Below are positions 39,932-52,144 of a stretch of DNA of 64,000 bases, one piece after another (position 1 is the stretch's first letter; every line of letters begins with the position of its first letter). Position numbers and translations under genes: made by a program. The stretch spans positions 56,296,001-56,360,000 of the forward strand of contig OX597821.1 in assembly GCA_951406725.2 (NCBI GenBank), in the 5' to 3' direction. The notes under the pieces are model-generated. The model had not been told where the DNA came from, ran no database searches, and saw only the letters and a list, made by a program, of their open reading frames with translations. The stretch comes from Octopus vulgaris (lineage: Eukaryota).

Positions 39932-40389
39932 CATATTTAACTAAACTAGATAATTAAGGAAGTATAGTATATGCCCTGTTGGTATAAGAGTTATTTCCTT
40001 TAAGTATTATTTCCTGATGATCAAATGGATACCATGAGTTTCATTTCAGATATACTCATTAGGTTATTATTTTTGTTTTCTTTGGATTATCTGAAATAGA
40101 ATACCCGCATATCTATTTATCCCCAAAACTGCATTTTTACCTTCGGAACGCGGAGTAGATGAAACAGGGACAACTGAAGAAAGGGAATATTCTTTATGCT
40201 GTATTCTCGTTTCTCTGTTTTTTTTCCGTTGTTCGAAAAAAAGTTCGTTTGTATATTTCTGTTTTTATATTTTCGATTCTCATTGTGTTCAACGTTTTTT
40301 GATGACCTGTACCCATATGTGCATGTATATATATATACATACATATATATATACATATATGTAGGTATGTACATATATGTATGTAGATA

Positions 40390-40436
<47 letters not shown>

Positions 40437-40578
40437 TCAGTAAAACAATTAAGATTCAAGTGAGTTCCTATGAATTCACATGAATGCGGTACTTAACTTT
40501 TAATAAAGCTGTTCTTCGTATGAAACAATTGTACTGAACAACTAATCCATTCTTGTTGCTTTTTTCTTGTATATATAT

Positions 40579-43502
40579 GACACAAGGTGTCAGCCCTTCC
40601 ATCAATGCACAAAAATGGAAGGTCCAATTCATTGAAGACTGGGTTGGTAACCATTCACACCACATCCCTTTCTTCATTCTCACTGAGACCCACCTTGACA
40701 ACTCCCACTTGGAAGCCGAAGTGAGAGTGAAGAATTTCACAACCATCCGCGCGGATCGTATCGGCAGGAGGAAGGGTGGAACTGCCATTTTCCTGCATGA
40801 TTCATTTACGGCAGATGGAAATAGTATATTCTCCAATGGCTACTGTGAATCAGTCACCGTGCACAACAAAGCCAATGACCTGACAGTAATTGGGCTCTAT
40901 AGGCCGCCCCAAACACCCATACTGTGCTTTAAAGAATGCCTCAACAGCATTAAGTGCTTTATTCAACAGTGCCATTCTAGCAACAACATGATACTTCAAT
41001 CTACCCTGTGTTGACTGGACTACAAACTGTTTGAAACCAAGCACTCCCACCTCAACCGCTGACAAAGAAGCAGCAGAGTCACTTTTCGACTTTACGAATG
41101 AGTTTTTCTTGTCCCAACTTGTCCTTGCACCAACAAGACATCAGAACATTTTGGACCTAGTGTTTAGTAACCACACTAACACTATACATAACGTTACAGT
41201 GGAAAAAACCCTTCTTTCAGACCATGACATGGTTCTCTGTAACATGAAATTCCACCAGCCGAAAGCTAATCCTAGTGACCTTCCTCCAGCCCACCCATTT
41301 GACAACATGGATCTCCATAAAGCCAACTGGGATGCAATCAGGAACGAGCTATCAAATGTTGACTGGTCCTTTACACATACACACATCTCCACCAACCATA
41401 AAACATCTTGGCAGATCTTTGTAGACACCGTCACAGACATATGTGCAAAACACTCCCCACCAAGACCTGTGAACAAAAAGTGCAGAATCCCCCAAAACAG
41501 AAAAACCATTATCAGAAAAATAAAAAGAACAAACAAAAAAATTAACAAACTAAAGTACTGCCAACAGCAACACACACATTCGACGGCTATCGCACTGCTT
41601 GAATCCAAAAAATATAACCTCCAACAATGCATGAAGACCCTCATCAATAACCAAAGATCAGCTGAGGAGAAGTGGGCCATTGAAAAAATCAAACTCAACC
41701 CCAAAGTGTTCTTTTCATTTGCGAGGAAACGCAGGGTCACTGTCTCCACTGTAGGCCCTCTAATTGACGAAACTGGCACTCTCCAAGATAATGCCAAATC
41801 CATGGCCGAGATACTGCAGAAACAATACTGCTCTGTTTTCAGCAATCCTGATATGGCCGATCTGGGCTGTATCAGTGATGTCAACCCCCAACACACTATA
41901 TCGGACATAACGTTTAGTGCCCCTGATGTCTTAGCGGCGATAAACGAAATAAAACACAATTCAGCAGTAGGCCCCGATAGGTTCCCTGCTTGTGTCCTGA
42001 AGGTGTGTCGACACCAACTTGCATCTCCCCTTGCTAACCTGTGGAGAAACTCACTGGATGCTGGCTATATTCCAAAAAACCTTCTGTCCCAGTCTGTTGT
42101 CCCAGTTTTCAAAAAGGGAAACAAGTCCCTTGCAGTGAATTACCGTCCGATCTCACTCACCTCTCATATCATCAAGGTATTTGAGAGGGTGGTGAGATCT
42201 CGAATAACCCAATTTCTGGAAAGCAACAGACGGCTGATCTCCAACCAACATGGGTTCCGTAATGGAAGGGACTGCCTAACGCAGCTCCTGCATCACTTTG
42301 AGGACATTTTGAGAGCTTTGGGAGAGGGCTCCAACACCGATGTCATCTACCTTGATTTCAGTAAGGCCTTCGACAGGGTCGATCACAAGATCCTATTGAA
42401 AAAACTATCCAACATTGGTGTCTCTGGAAAGTTACTGAAATGGATTAAGTGTTTCCTGACAGACAGATCTCAACATGTTGTAGTTGAAGGGGTAAAATCA
42501 AGCCCAGCCAAAGTCAGTAGTGGCGTTCCGCAAGGCACTGTGCTGGGCCCACTTCTTTTCATCATTTACATTAATGACATTAATGACATCATCAAGCACA
42601 GCAACATAAAAATCTTTGCAGATGACTCCAAGCTACAGAAGGTCATAAATGAGGCGAGTGACCGGACATGCCTTCAGTCAGATCTACTGGCTGTTATCCA
42701 ATGGGCAGAAAAAAACAATATGCTGCTGAACGAGGATAAATTTGAGCTAATCCACTTTGGAAAAGAGGATGCCCTGAAACTCCCATACTCCCTTCCTTCA
42801 GGTGAAACTCTCGCGGCGTCCAACAACATCAGAGACTTGGGAGTAATTGTGGACAACAACGTAAGCTGGGCCACTCATATAAACACCAAAGTTGACATGG
42901 CCCGCAGAATGTGTTCCTGGATTCTCAGAACTTTCCAGTCGAGTGATATCCACACCATTATCCTTCTCTTCTCCACTTTTGCCCGACCCCACCTTGAATA
43001 CTGTTGTCCACTGTGGTCTCCCCACACAATACAAGGTATCATAAAAGTTGAAGCACCTCAAAGGGCAATCACAAAAAAGATAGATGGCATGACAGGCCTC
43101 GACTATTGGGGTCGGCTAGAAAAGCTAAAACTCTATTCTCTCCAACGTCGTCGTGAGTGCTACATCATCTGCATGATGTGGAAAATATTCCATCAGCATT
43201 GCCCAAATGATGTTGGCATCACCTTTAAGGTACATCCAAGGCTTGGGCCCCGTGCCATCCGCCCAAAACAAAAATCGCACTCTCATCTCATAACAACAAT
43301 ACGGCACAATTATTTCACCTCAATTGGCCCCGCTCTCTTTAACATTACACCAAAACACATTAAAACAGAAACTGACCCTATAGGGTTCAAGAAGTCTTTG
43401 GACAGATTCCTTCAAGAAATCCCGGATAAACCCCCTACACCCGGATATGTCTCTGTAAACAATAACTCTCTACTTGAGTGGGCCATAGTGCCCAAATTCT
43501 GA
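40579..43502 (+). pseudogene. LINE ORF2 (APE endonuclease plus reverse transcriptase), 5'-truncated and frameshifted near 40990
   Basis: The APE part (TETHL, GLYRPP) is in ORF 40553-41014 and the rest is in ORF 41031-43502 (LDLVF, SDH, YRPISLTS, DFSKAFD, SGVPQGTVLGP, FADD). A small deletion removes the catalytic MGD of GDFN relative to copy 2. Confidence 0.92.
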
Positions 43503-43594
43503 CTTGAAAGACTTCACCAGGTGGTGCTATTAAGTTAGACATGGCCTGGGCCAATAATGGCCGAAACCTATCAAAAGTATCAAAAGTATCAAAG
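40579..43594 (+). mobile_element. APE+RT LINE (CR1/L2/Proto2-like group; clade not resolved), copy 1, 5'-truncated, inserted in (TA)n
   Basis: Colinear with the element at 52059-55926. The 3' UTR has a GGCCA-ATAA-TGGCC hairpin and a (TATCAAAAG)n tail. (TA)n is present at both junctions. Confidence 0.95.
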
Positions 43595-44401
43595 TATATA
43601 TATATATATATATATATATATGTCTCTGTGTGTGTATATATATATGTATATATGTATAAATGAATATATGTATGTATGTATGCAGTATCCGCATACATAT
43701 ATGGCTGGCGTCTCATGTATGGATTTTATTACATGCTAAAATTCATTGATGTTTTACACATTTTGGCAGTGCATATCACAGCACATAGCTCTTATCTACT
43801 GATTAGGCGACGTCTTTCTGGCTTTGTCGATGCTTGATTCTCTTAATTCGTACGGAAACATTTAGAGATCATATGGTTCTCTTATTCCAGTGACACCAGG
43901 TGCATTAAAAAGGAAAAATTCTTGGACCACTTAATTGGGAAGAAAGTTGGTGGCGCCTTGCTGTCTGGTCGGCCATTGAATGGAATTGCAGGCCATCAAA
44001 TATAAAGCCAGTGCATGCGTGCACATGCGTGTGTGTGTGTGCATACTAGATTTATGAGCGCGAGGATGTGGATGTCTGATGCCTATGTTTCTGTATGAGC
44101 TATATGTGTGCGCGTGGCGGGATTCGCGTGAATGTAAGCTGGTGTGTATGTGTGTGAGAGAGATGAAGACATCAGCTTGTTAGTGTGTATGTGCGTGTTT
44201 GCTGGAATGTGTTCACGTATGTGTGCGGCTGCGTATCAGATATATGTGCTAGTATGCTTACTAGGATGAGTGCGGCTACGTACCAGCTATGTGTGAATAA
44301 TTGCGTGCAGAAATATTTAAAAATATGCATGAGCTGTGCATATCAGCACTGTGTGAATCATTAGTGTGCGTAAGCGCGTGTTCGAATACTTGTGCATTAA
44401 A

Positions 44402-44815
44402 TAGGAATATATATGTATATCCTTATTATGATATATCATTATATAGTTATATTATTGTACTAAGGGATTACTATAGTCGCAGTATATCCGTAACTCACAA
44501 AGCATTTCGGGTTTGTTTACAAATATTTTATGTAGTATTGAAAAATTAAAGTATATATTCATAAACTGGCTGAAATTGATGGCTGAGCGTTTGGCCCAAG
44601 TTGATGCGCGTGGAGCCATGTTAGCGTTGATATGAGGGTTTGATGCTGGCCTGGTTTAGCTCATCATAGTTCAGGCAATTGTTTATATGAAAAATGTCAC
44701 TTTAGATTAGGATATATATATTATTATTATGATATATATTATATAATTATTATTGTACTATGAGACTTCTATAGTCACTCTGTCTCCGTATCTTACAAAG
44801 CCTTCGGGTTTGTCT
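44402..44815. repeat. Imperfect direct repeat of about 110 bp (44402-44518 and 44708-44815)
   Basis: Both units read TAGGA.ATATAT..TTATTATGATATAT..TTATATA.TTAT.ATTGTACTA.G.GA.T.CTATAGTC...TCCGTA..T.ACAAAGC.TTCGGGTTTGT. Confidence 0.7.
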
Positions 44816-45529
44816 TCACACTCACACACACAATCATACACATATACTGCGCGGTAAGGCTTAACAAGTAGAACGGCCCTCCGTCACTTTAGTGACCATA
44901 TAAGTAGGAAGTATGCATATCATTAAGATAAAAACTGCATGCGTTTGAAAATACAGCCACCAAGAGTTTTCTGGGAAAATTATGCATTTATTTCACCATT
45001 TCTCAGACTCGGGGTAAATGTGCCTTGTGGATATCAAAAACACATAAACCAATACTGGAATGATTTATACTGTGCCTGCTGATTTATTTTTAATTTTCGC
45101 TAATATATATTTTTTTTTAAATGCGAACACAAAAAAGCATATTTCTTCTGTTATTAAGTTTTTAAAAGATAAGTTTCTTAAGATTTTTAAAATATAAAGT
45201 TTTCGCGCGGGCATATGGGATATCTTTTTGACCCATTATATTAGGGTTTGATCTTAGAAAGGATCTTTTTTGTAGCTGACGTTCTCGTTTTAAAGTTACT
45301 AGATTTAAGATCGGGGTGTGTAGTATCTCGCTTCTCTCTGTGCCTTAAGCTTCAAAGATGCTCGTTGCATATGGAATTATAGCTTCTATTTACTGATCCC
45401 ATATAGCATGGGTGCGTGCGCGTTTTTCAGCATGTATATGTATACATATATTAGGTACTGTAAAATTAGGGTGAATACTTGATAAGTGTAAGCACCTGTA
45501 TATGCCAGATAGTGGCAGAGGTGACAGAA

Positions 45530-46640
45530 TATATCAAATAAAATTAAAACCAGAACACAAAGGATATCGCGGTACACGTGCTTCAAGCTATATAAACAAT
45601 CCGTTCTTACATCAGGGTATTATTGATATAAAAGATGGTTTAAAGCTCTCTTCAGCCGCAAACATTGTTATTCCAAAGAGTTACATCACACTATAAAAAA
45701 TATGAAAAATACATGTAGTATTACCCATTATAATAGGTATATCATATCTCCCTGAGGAAGAGTATTTGTAAAATTTCCTAACTGTATAAATGTATAAAAA
45801 TTCATTGGATTTCGAAGATCTGTCCATAGTGTATCACCAGTCAACATAGAGTGAATGTTAAAGAGATTGAATTGGGTTTGTATTCAATTCTCTTGTATAA
45901 GATAGGAAAGAAAATAAGATAGAAAGAAAAAAAGAAAAAAGAAGAGTAGAGAGAAAAGAAAATAGAGAGAGAAAATTTTAAAAAATAAACGTTAAAATTT
46001 TTTTTAAATAAGAAATAAGGGGCTAGGGTACTGGAAATAAAAGACAATGGAAGCAAAAGACAAGGGTAGTAAAAGCAAAAATAATTAAAAAAGTAAAAAT
46101 AAAGTTAAAACCACATATAAATAAGAATTACCCAAATAAGAATAAAGTAACAAAGAAAAATTTTTTAAATAAAAACAAAAGAATTGAGACTATAAGGTAG
46201 AGTAAGAGACAAAGAGATAAGATACTAAAAGAGCTGAGAATAATATTTTGGCTTTGATGGGATGGTAGTGGTCATAAATAACTTCTTAATGAGGTTGTAA
46301 TTTGACATCGTTGTGATGAATGGTCAGTTTACCCAAAACCCGCCACTACAAGTTACTAGCTTTATAAGTTTATAGTATATGTATATGTGTGTGTATATAC
46401 ATGTAGTCATACACATATATATAAACTAACATGCCCGTACGTATGCAAGTATGCCTCAATATGCACAGCATTAAATACACGGCATTAAATATACACACAC
46501 ATCTCCACACATATCTATAGTTAAACCCTAGTAAATATATATATACACTACTATATCCTTAAGCATATTTACAGATATAAATATCTATACACACACACAG
46601 CCACACACATATCTTTATACACACATACTCAAAAACATAC
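45530..46640 (-). mobile_element. About 1.1-kb non-coding Penelope-like/retrozyme-like element, copy 2
   Basis: Direct, diverged copy of 31445-32520. Confidence 0.7.
45569..45659 (-). ncRNA. Type I hammerhead-ribozyme motif (GAAA mutated to GAAG)
   Basis: Minus strand reads GCGG-CTGAAGA-GAGCTTT...ATAGCTT-GAAG-CACGTGT-A-CCGC. It is the paralogue of 31485-31575. Confidence 0.65.
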
Positions 46641-46780
46641 ACACACACATATATATATATATTTACATATACATATATACATTTATATATATACACACAC
46701 ATACATATACACCCACACATACATATATATATATATATCTATATAGAGATATATAAATATATATATACATATATATGGGT

Positions 46781-47065
46781 GGAGGCGCAATGGCCCAGTG
46801 GTTAGGGCAGTTGTTGTAGGATCGCGGTTTTGACGCTCCAGCAGGGGTGGGGGTGACGGACTCCGCTGTACTCTTTCTTCACAACTTTCTCTCACTTTTC
46901 CTGTTTCTGTTGTGCCTGTAATTCAAAGGGCCAGCCTTGTCACACTCTGTGTAACGCTGAATATCTCCGAGAGCTACGTTAAGGGTACTTGCACGTTAAT
47001 TTCACGAGCAGGCTGTTCCATTGATTGGATCAACTGGAACCCACGACGTCGTAAGCGACGAAGTA

Positions 47066-47068
<3 letters not shown>
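46781..47068 (+). mobile_element. SINE family C copy
   Basis: Head GGAGGCGCAATGGCCCAGTGGTTAGGGCAG (A box). The central domain is shared with 15420-15740. Confidence 0.8.
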
Positions 47069-47121
<53 letters not shown>

Positions 47122-47414
47122 TTAAGAACAAAAAACTGCTATATTCAATTTTCGCTTATGTCTGAATAGTATCGACTGGTTATCATGGAGTCAATATCTT
47201 TCGTCACATTTCTCTGAGCTGGTCATGGCATAGTTTCATCGCAGAGGTATCGTGTAATTATGAAAATAACTGGGTAGCTGACGTTCAATAATAGTTTGTA
47301 ACAGACATATCATTATAGACTATTCTGAAGTTTTAGTCATTACTGCTTTTTCTTGCATCAGTGACACAATTATTAATATGAATTTTACGAATGTGTTTTG
47401 TGCGCGTGTATGTG

Positions 47415-47510
47415 ACTATAGGCTAAGAACTTTGCCCTCCACCCACATAGCACTTGTTTCAGTCCCAACGCATGGCACTTTCGGCAAGTGTCTTCTCCTG
47501 TGGCCTCGAG
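47415..47510 (+). mobile_element. SINE family B head fragment
   Basis: TTCAGTCCCAACGCATGGCACTTTCGGCAAGTGTCTTCT..TGGCCTCG. Confidence 0.55.
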
Positions 47511-50500
47511 AAGGAAATGGAAAAAAAGCTGAGGGTGATAGATTAAAACTTTTTAAAAATAAAGCATTAAACGAGCATTTCAGTAATATACTGAGTCTTA
47601 AAAGGTTATATGTGTATATGTATACATGTATGTGTCTGTGAGTGGATAGATGGATAGAGAGACAGACAAATAGATCGATAGATAAAATAGATCGATAGAC
47701 ATATACGTACATACATAGATAGACATACAGAGAGACAGGCAGGCAGATAGACAGAACATAAGAAAAAGAGGCCGTGAGACAAGGCTTTTAAGGCTTCAGT
47801 CTCCAACTCGGTTGTTCGTTATATGCGTTAAAGAGGATAATTTCGGTTACCTTACTGAAGATAACGTCGTGTCGTATTCTGCACAGCAACTGTGCAAATC
47901 CTCAATTAGTTCTTGATGTTATATATAAAAGCTATATAACATATTGAGCATTCTTTCTTCCGCTCGTAAGTATTGAGACATGCACACGCACACCTATGAC
48001 TGAAATGTGTGATGTACGGTATTAAAAGAATGACTATTAGTCGCACTCTGAACATTGATGTATTTGATTATATCATAGGTTTATATCTCACCGTAACGAG
48101 AAAAACAGGCTGGAAACTTCATCTTTTAAGGTTACTCATTTTTTAAGAAGAGAAAGAATACTCACTTAAACTTGTCTAACCTGCATCGCAGCATATACGC
48201 TAATAATGTGTATTAATTTAATTTATAGTAGTGCACTATACAGATAACGTTTTAAGATTATTTGAAATTAAAAAGAAAACCAAGCATACAGTTATAATCT
48301 TGCTGTGTTAATTAGACTAAATAATTTAATTAAAAGTTTCATATTTCAGTGAATAGAAAAGTGAGATCAATCTGACCAGTTGGCCAACTTCAGTAAAAGG
48401 AGGTATTAGCAGTTTATATTTATTTGAAGTGTATAAAATCTATGATTCAGCTTCACTGCTCAGTGTAACTTGCACAACGCTGCAAGCGCAGCAAAAGTGG
48501 ATTAATGAATTCTCGAAGCACTACCGTGCTTTTGTATGATTTGAATTGTAAGGCGTTTATTTACTATTTTAATCTCCCTTTGGAAAATAAATAAAATGTT
48601 ACACCACAGTTTTTTAATTCTATCTGCGGTGAGTGATATAAGGGGTTCGATTTCATTTATATTCTCAGACGTTCACCTGTCTTCTGTTCATGGAAAAATG
48701 TGTATCATAAAGCTTTTAATATGGTATACAGTTTGGGACTTAGCTAAATTGATTAGCCAAATTTTCATAACGACGCGCATAACGTTTTGGGATAACCTGA
48801 AACGCACGGTATATTAAAAAAATAAACAGGTTTGTAGACGGAGGAGACAAAGTGCGTATATGATAATTCATATTTCCGTAGACTGAAAAAATGACAATTT
48901 CTCAAGTTTCTAGTCTTGCTAAACTTTTTACAAGGACGAAATAAGCAACGCATTTTTCTGGAGGGACAAGCATCTTTTGTCTATTTAGACTAAACCTTAG
49001 TAAAACATCGTAATGTAGTGCTCTATGTGAGCTACATATATTACGCCACAATGCTACAGTCGTAAGAATTTCCTTACTTTCTGAGCTCAGTGTTCAGATC
49101 ACAATGACGTTGCCTTTCATTTTCTCGGGGTTAATATGTAATGCATCATTCGAAATTTTTTTCTTCTTTCTTTTTGCTATTTTTTTATATAGCAATTTTT
49201 TTGGTTATTTTTTTATATACCTATGCTTTCAGTAGCTTTCTTACAAGTGAAATTTGCAAACGTTTATGCATTTGAAGTCAAGGGATATGATGAGTAATTT
49301 TGCCTCTAATGTCCCCCGTTAATCATTCGAAATTGTTAAATTTAATGGCATTACTAACCCGAAAGGATATACCACTTAAGTGAATAAAAGAATTACATTT
49401 TTTATGGAAAGCTAAAACGTGTTTAGTGAGGTTAAACATGTCATTCATATGTAGTTGGTATTCTCTTTACGACCAATAATCTTCCAGTGTGAACATACGT
49501 CTTCAAAGTCAGTTAGACCGAAACATCTTGGGAATTGACTCCGTAATTTCCAGAAAAATTTTAATATTACTCATTAATTACAATCAATTTTCTGCAAAAC
49601 ATTCATTTCGATTTTTAATGCTTTATTTATTTTTTTTCTTACCAAAACAGTTATTGATTTACATGCGGAGGACGTCTTTAAATTATTTAGTTTCTAGGCA
49701 AATGTATATTCCGAAACTAAAACTATTACGACGTCACACATTTATCTAATAATTCTTTAATTACAACCTCAAGAAGAACAGTAAAATATATGTTCGTCTA
49801 AGCAATTGAAAACAAGACCTGAACATGCCAGGAATATTTCCCTGAGTGTACCTTAAAACGTTAACTGGCATTCATTAACATGGATTTTACTTCTCGTGTT
49901 CGAAAATGAATTTCTTTTTTAATGTTAGCTAGGATTAAACAAATAGACGGGAAATATTTTCATGCCTTGTTAGTTCAATCGTAAAACGAATTTTAAAATT
50001 TTAAGAATAATGAAGGCATGCTCATACAATATTACAGAAAATGTCTAATTTTAATACCTTTTCATAATAAGAGTAAATCACCGAGTAAAATTAATGTTTT
50101 AACCGGAGATATATAAATTTACCAAAAGAGAAGGCGTCTTTAATGCCATTATATTCTTCAACTACATCATTTCAACTAGAAATATTTCAGTTTCCAAGCC
50201 ACATTTTGGCTTAGTATTCAACACAGTATAATGCATATAAATGAATTAAACAGTGAAAATAACTTGATACTTCAGTTATAAAAAGAAGAGATCAGCACAA
50301 CTCGAATAAATTAAATAAATAGCAAACACAATAAGTACTGTTTAAAGTCACTCAATAAATAATGTTACACAGAAAACATTATTTCATTTTGATTAAAATT
50401 GTTAAAATTTGTCTTCAACTAAAAATGCTAATTTCCGCGAACATTCACTGTTGGCAAATAGCGTTTAAACACGATTTTTCTCATCAGAAGTTACAAAAAA

Positions 50501-50814
50501 TTTTGAGAAAATACTTTCTTGTTGTCTTCCAAAATATTCCATCTTTCATCATACTTTAAAGACACGACATTCAGGAAGACTTTTTCGTTTTCAAGAATAT
50601 TGAAGGATAAAATATTTTCTCACTGAAAAGAAGAAAATATTTTGCATGATATTGCAATGAGACTGTTTCAATACTTAAGGAACGCAATACAAGTAAACAT
50701 TGCTAAACTGAGCAATCGACTTCGTCTTCTCTTCTAACCGAAGAGCTATGTCTAAAGAAATATGAATGATTGAAATAAAGTATTTAAACACAGTTACTTG
50801 GTATTATTGAAACT

Positions 50815-51022
50815 GCATCCAGAAACGTTAGTACACCGGGCGAAATGCTTAGCAGTATTTCGTTTATCTTTACGTTCTGAGTTCAAATTCCGCCGAAGTC
50901 GGTTTTGCCTTTCATTCTTTAAGAGTCGATAAATTAAGTACCAGTTTCGTACAGGGGTCGATCTAATCGACAGGTTTCCTCCCCCAAGATTTCGAGCCTT
51001 GTGCCTACTAGAGTAGAAAAGA
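50815..51022 (+). mobile_element. SINE family A copy with tail type 1
   Basis: CAGAAACGTTAG..CCGGGCGAAATGCTTAGC..GAGTTCAAATTCCGCCG..GCCTTGTGCCT..AGAGTAGAAAAG. Confidence 0.85.
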
Positions 51023-52027
51023 ATATTGAAATTGCACCTGATGTTATTTTATGAACAGCTTCTTTCATAACGAATTCATGAGTATATACTTGCATGACAG
51101 CCACAACTATTTGGATTTACAAGCAAGAGGAAAAGTACTCAGTAAAATAGAAAAAAAGTAGAGTGATGATATGTATTTATTGTAAACACCAACATTACAG
51201 CTGCTCGGGATTTCGCATTACACATTGCTTATAAGGCTTCTAAATATTACATTAAAGGAATTATATTTATCTGTCAAATTACCTCTCGAAACATAAGTTT
51301 TCATGTATGTATGTATATACACACACACACTTACACATACACACACAGACACAAACACGCACACGCACGCGCACACATATACACACAAACACATACATAC
51401 ATAAACAAATGAATACAGAAAGGAAAACCGGCATTTTTATTCTTCAGATGGTCTACACGTGTTTCAGAAGACCTACGCCGTTTTCATGTAAGCCAGTTTA
51501 ACATATTACTGTACGGAATATGGTCGATAAATTACCCCGTATTATGAACAAACAATATAAAATATTTTTTTTAAATGCATTCTTGAATAAATACTAGTGC
51601 GCAGAACTACACCATCTGGATACAACAGCATTCGGCTGAAATATGTAAGGGGCTCAACGGGCTTACGTATTAACAGCAGTCGGCTTAGTAAAAATGAGTA
51701 CATGATTTAAAATAACGGTTTCCATTAGTTTGTTCGTTTCCCTTATATAGTGGCTCGAATTCAGTATATACACTATGTGAGATTATGATGGTTGTTATCT
51801 AACTACATCAAGCATAGGAGTGGAGTGTGGAACAGTTCTACTAAGCTCAAGCATTTTGGTAACATGTTACACGGTCCAGCGACCTTTCAAAATATATATA
51901 TTATATATATATAAGATTGGTGAGTTAGGAGTTAAAATAACCGTGTAAAGGACAGAAGTATACAAAATACTACCGGTATTCTACCTATATTTAAACATAG
52001 GCAAAATTGTTATGCTCATAAAGACAA

Positions 52028-52058
<31 letters not shown>

Positions 52059-52144
52059 ACTTAGAATAACTTAGAAAGGTTTTTGGCCAGTATTGGCCCA
52101 GGCCATGTCTAACTTAATAGCACCACCTGGCGAAGTCTTTCAGT

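Larger units (their letters stand above)
38797..40130. repeat. Outer inverted repeat with arms of about 240 bp (38797-39045 and 39891-40130) enclosing the perfect palindrome
   Basis: AATAGATATGCGGGTATTCTATTTCAGA pairs with TCTGAAATAGAATACCCGCATATCTATT. TACACGTGTTTCAGTATTGGAAGATTACAATATA pairs with TATATTGTAATCTTCCATTACTGAAACACGTGTA. Confidence 0.85.

Noticed and set aside
31045-40200. Recurrent GACAACTGATGAAGGG-like strings (about 31057, 32950 minus strand, 40168) as extra hammerheads
   Set aside because: A CUGAnGA-like core is present but I could not close stems I-III with a downstream GAAA. They are kept only as a dispersed repeat.
43620-45530. Possible decayed Penelope RT between LINE copy 1 and the second 1.1-kb element
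   Set aside because: Only an isolated IDKA-like tetrapeptide was seen, with no ordered RT or GIY-YIG motifs.
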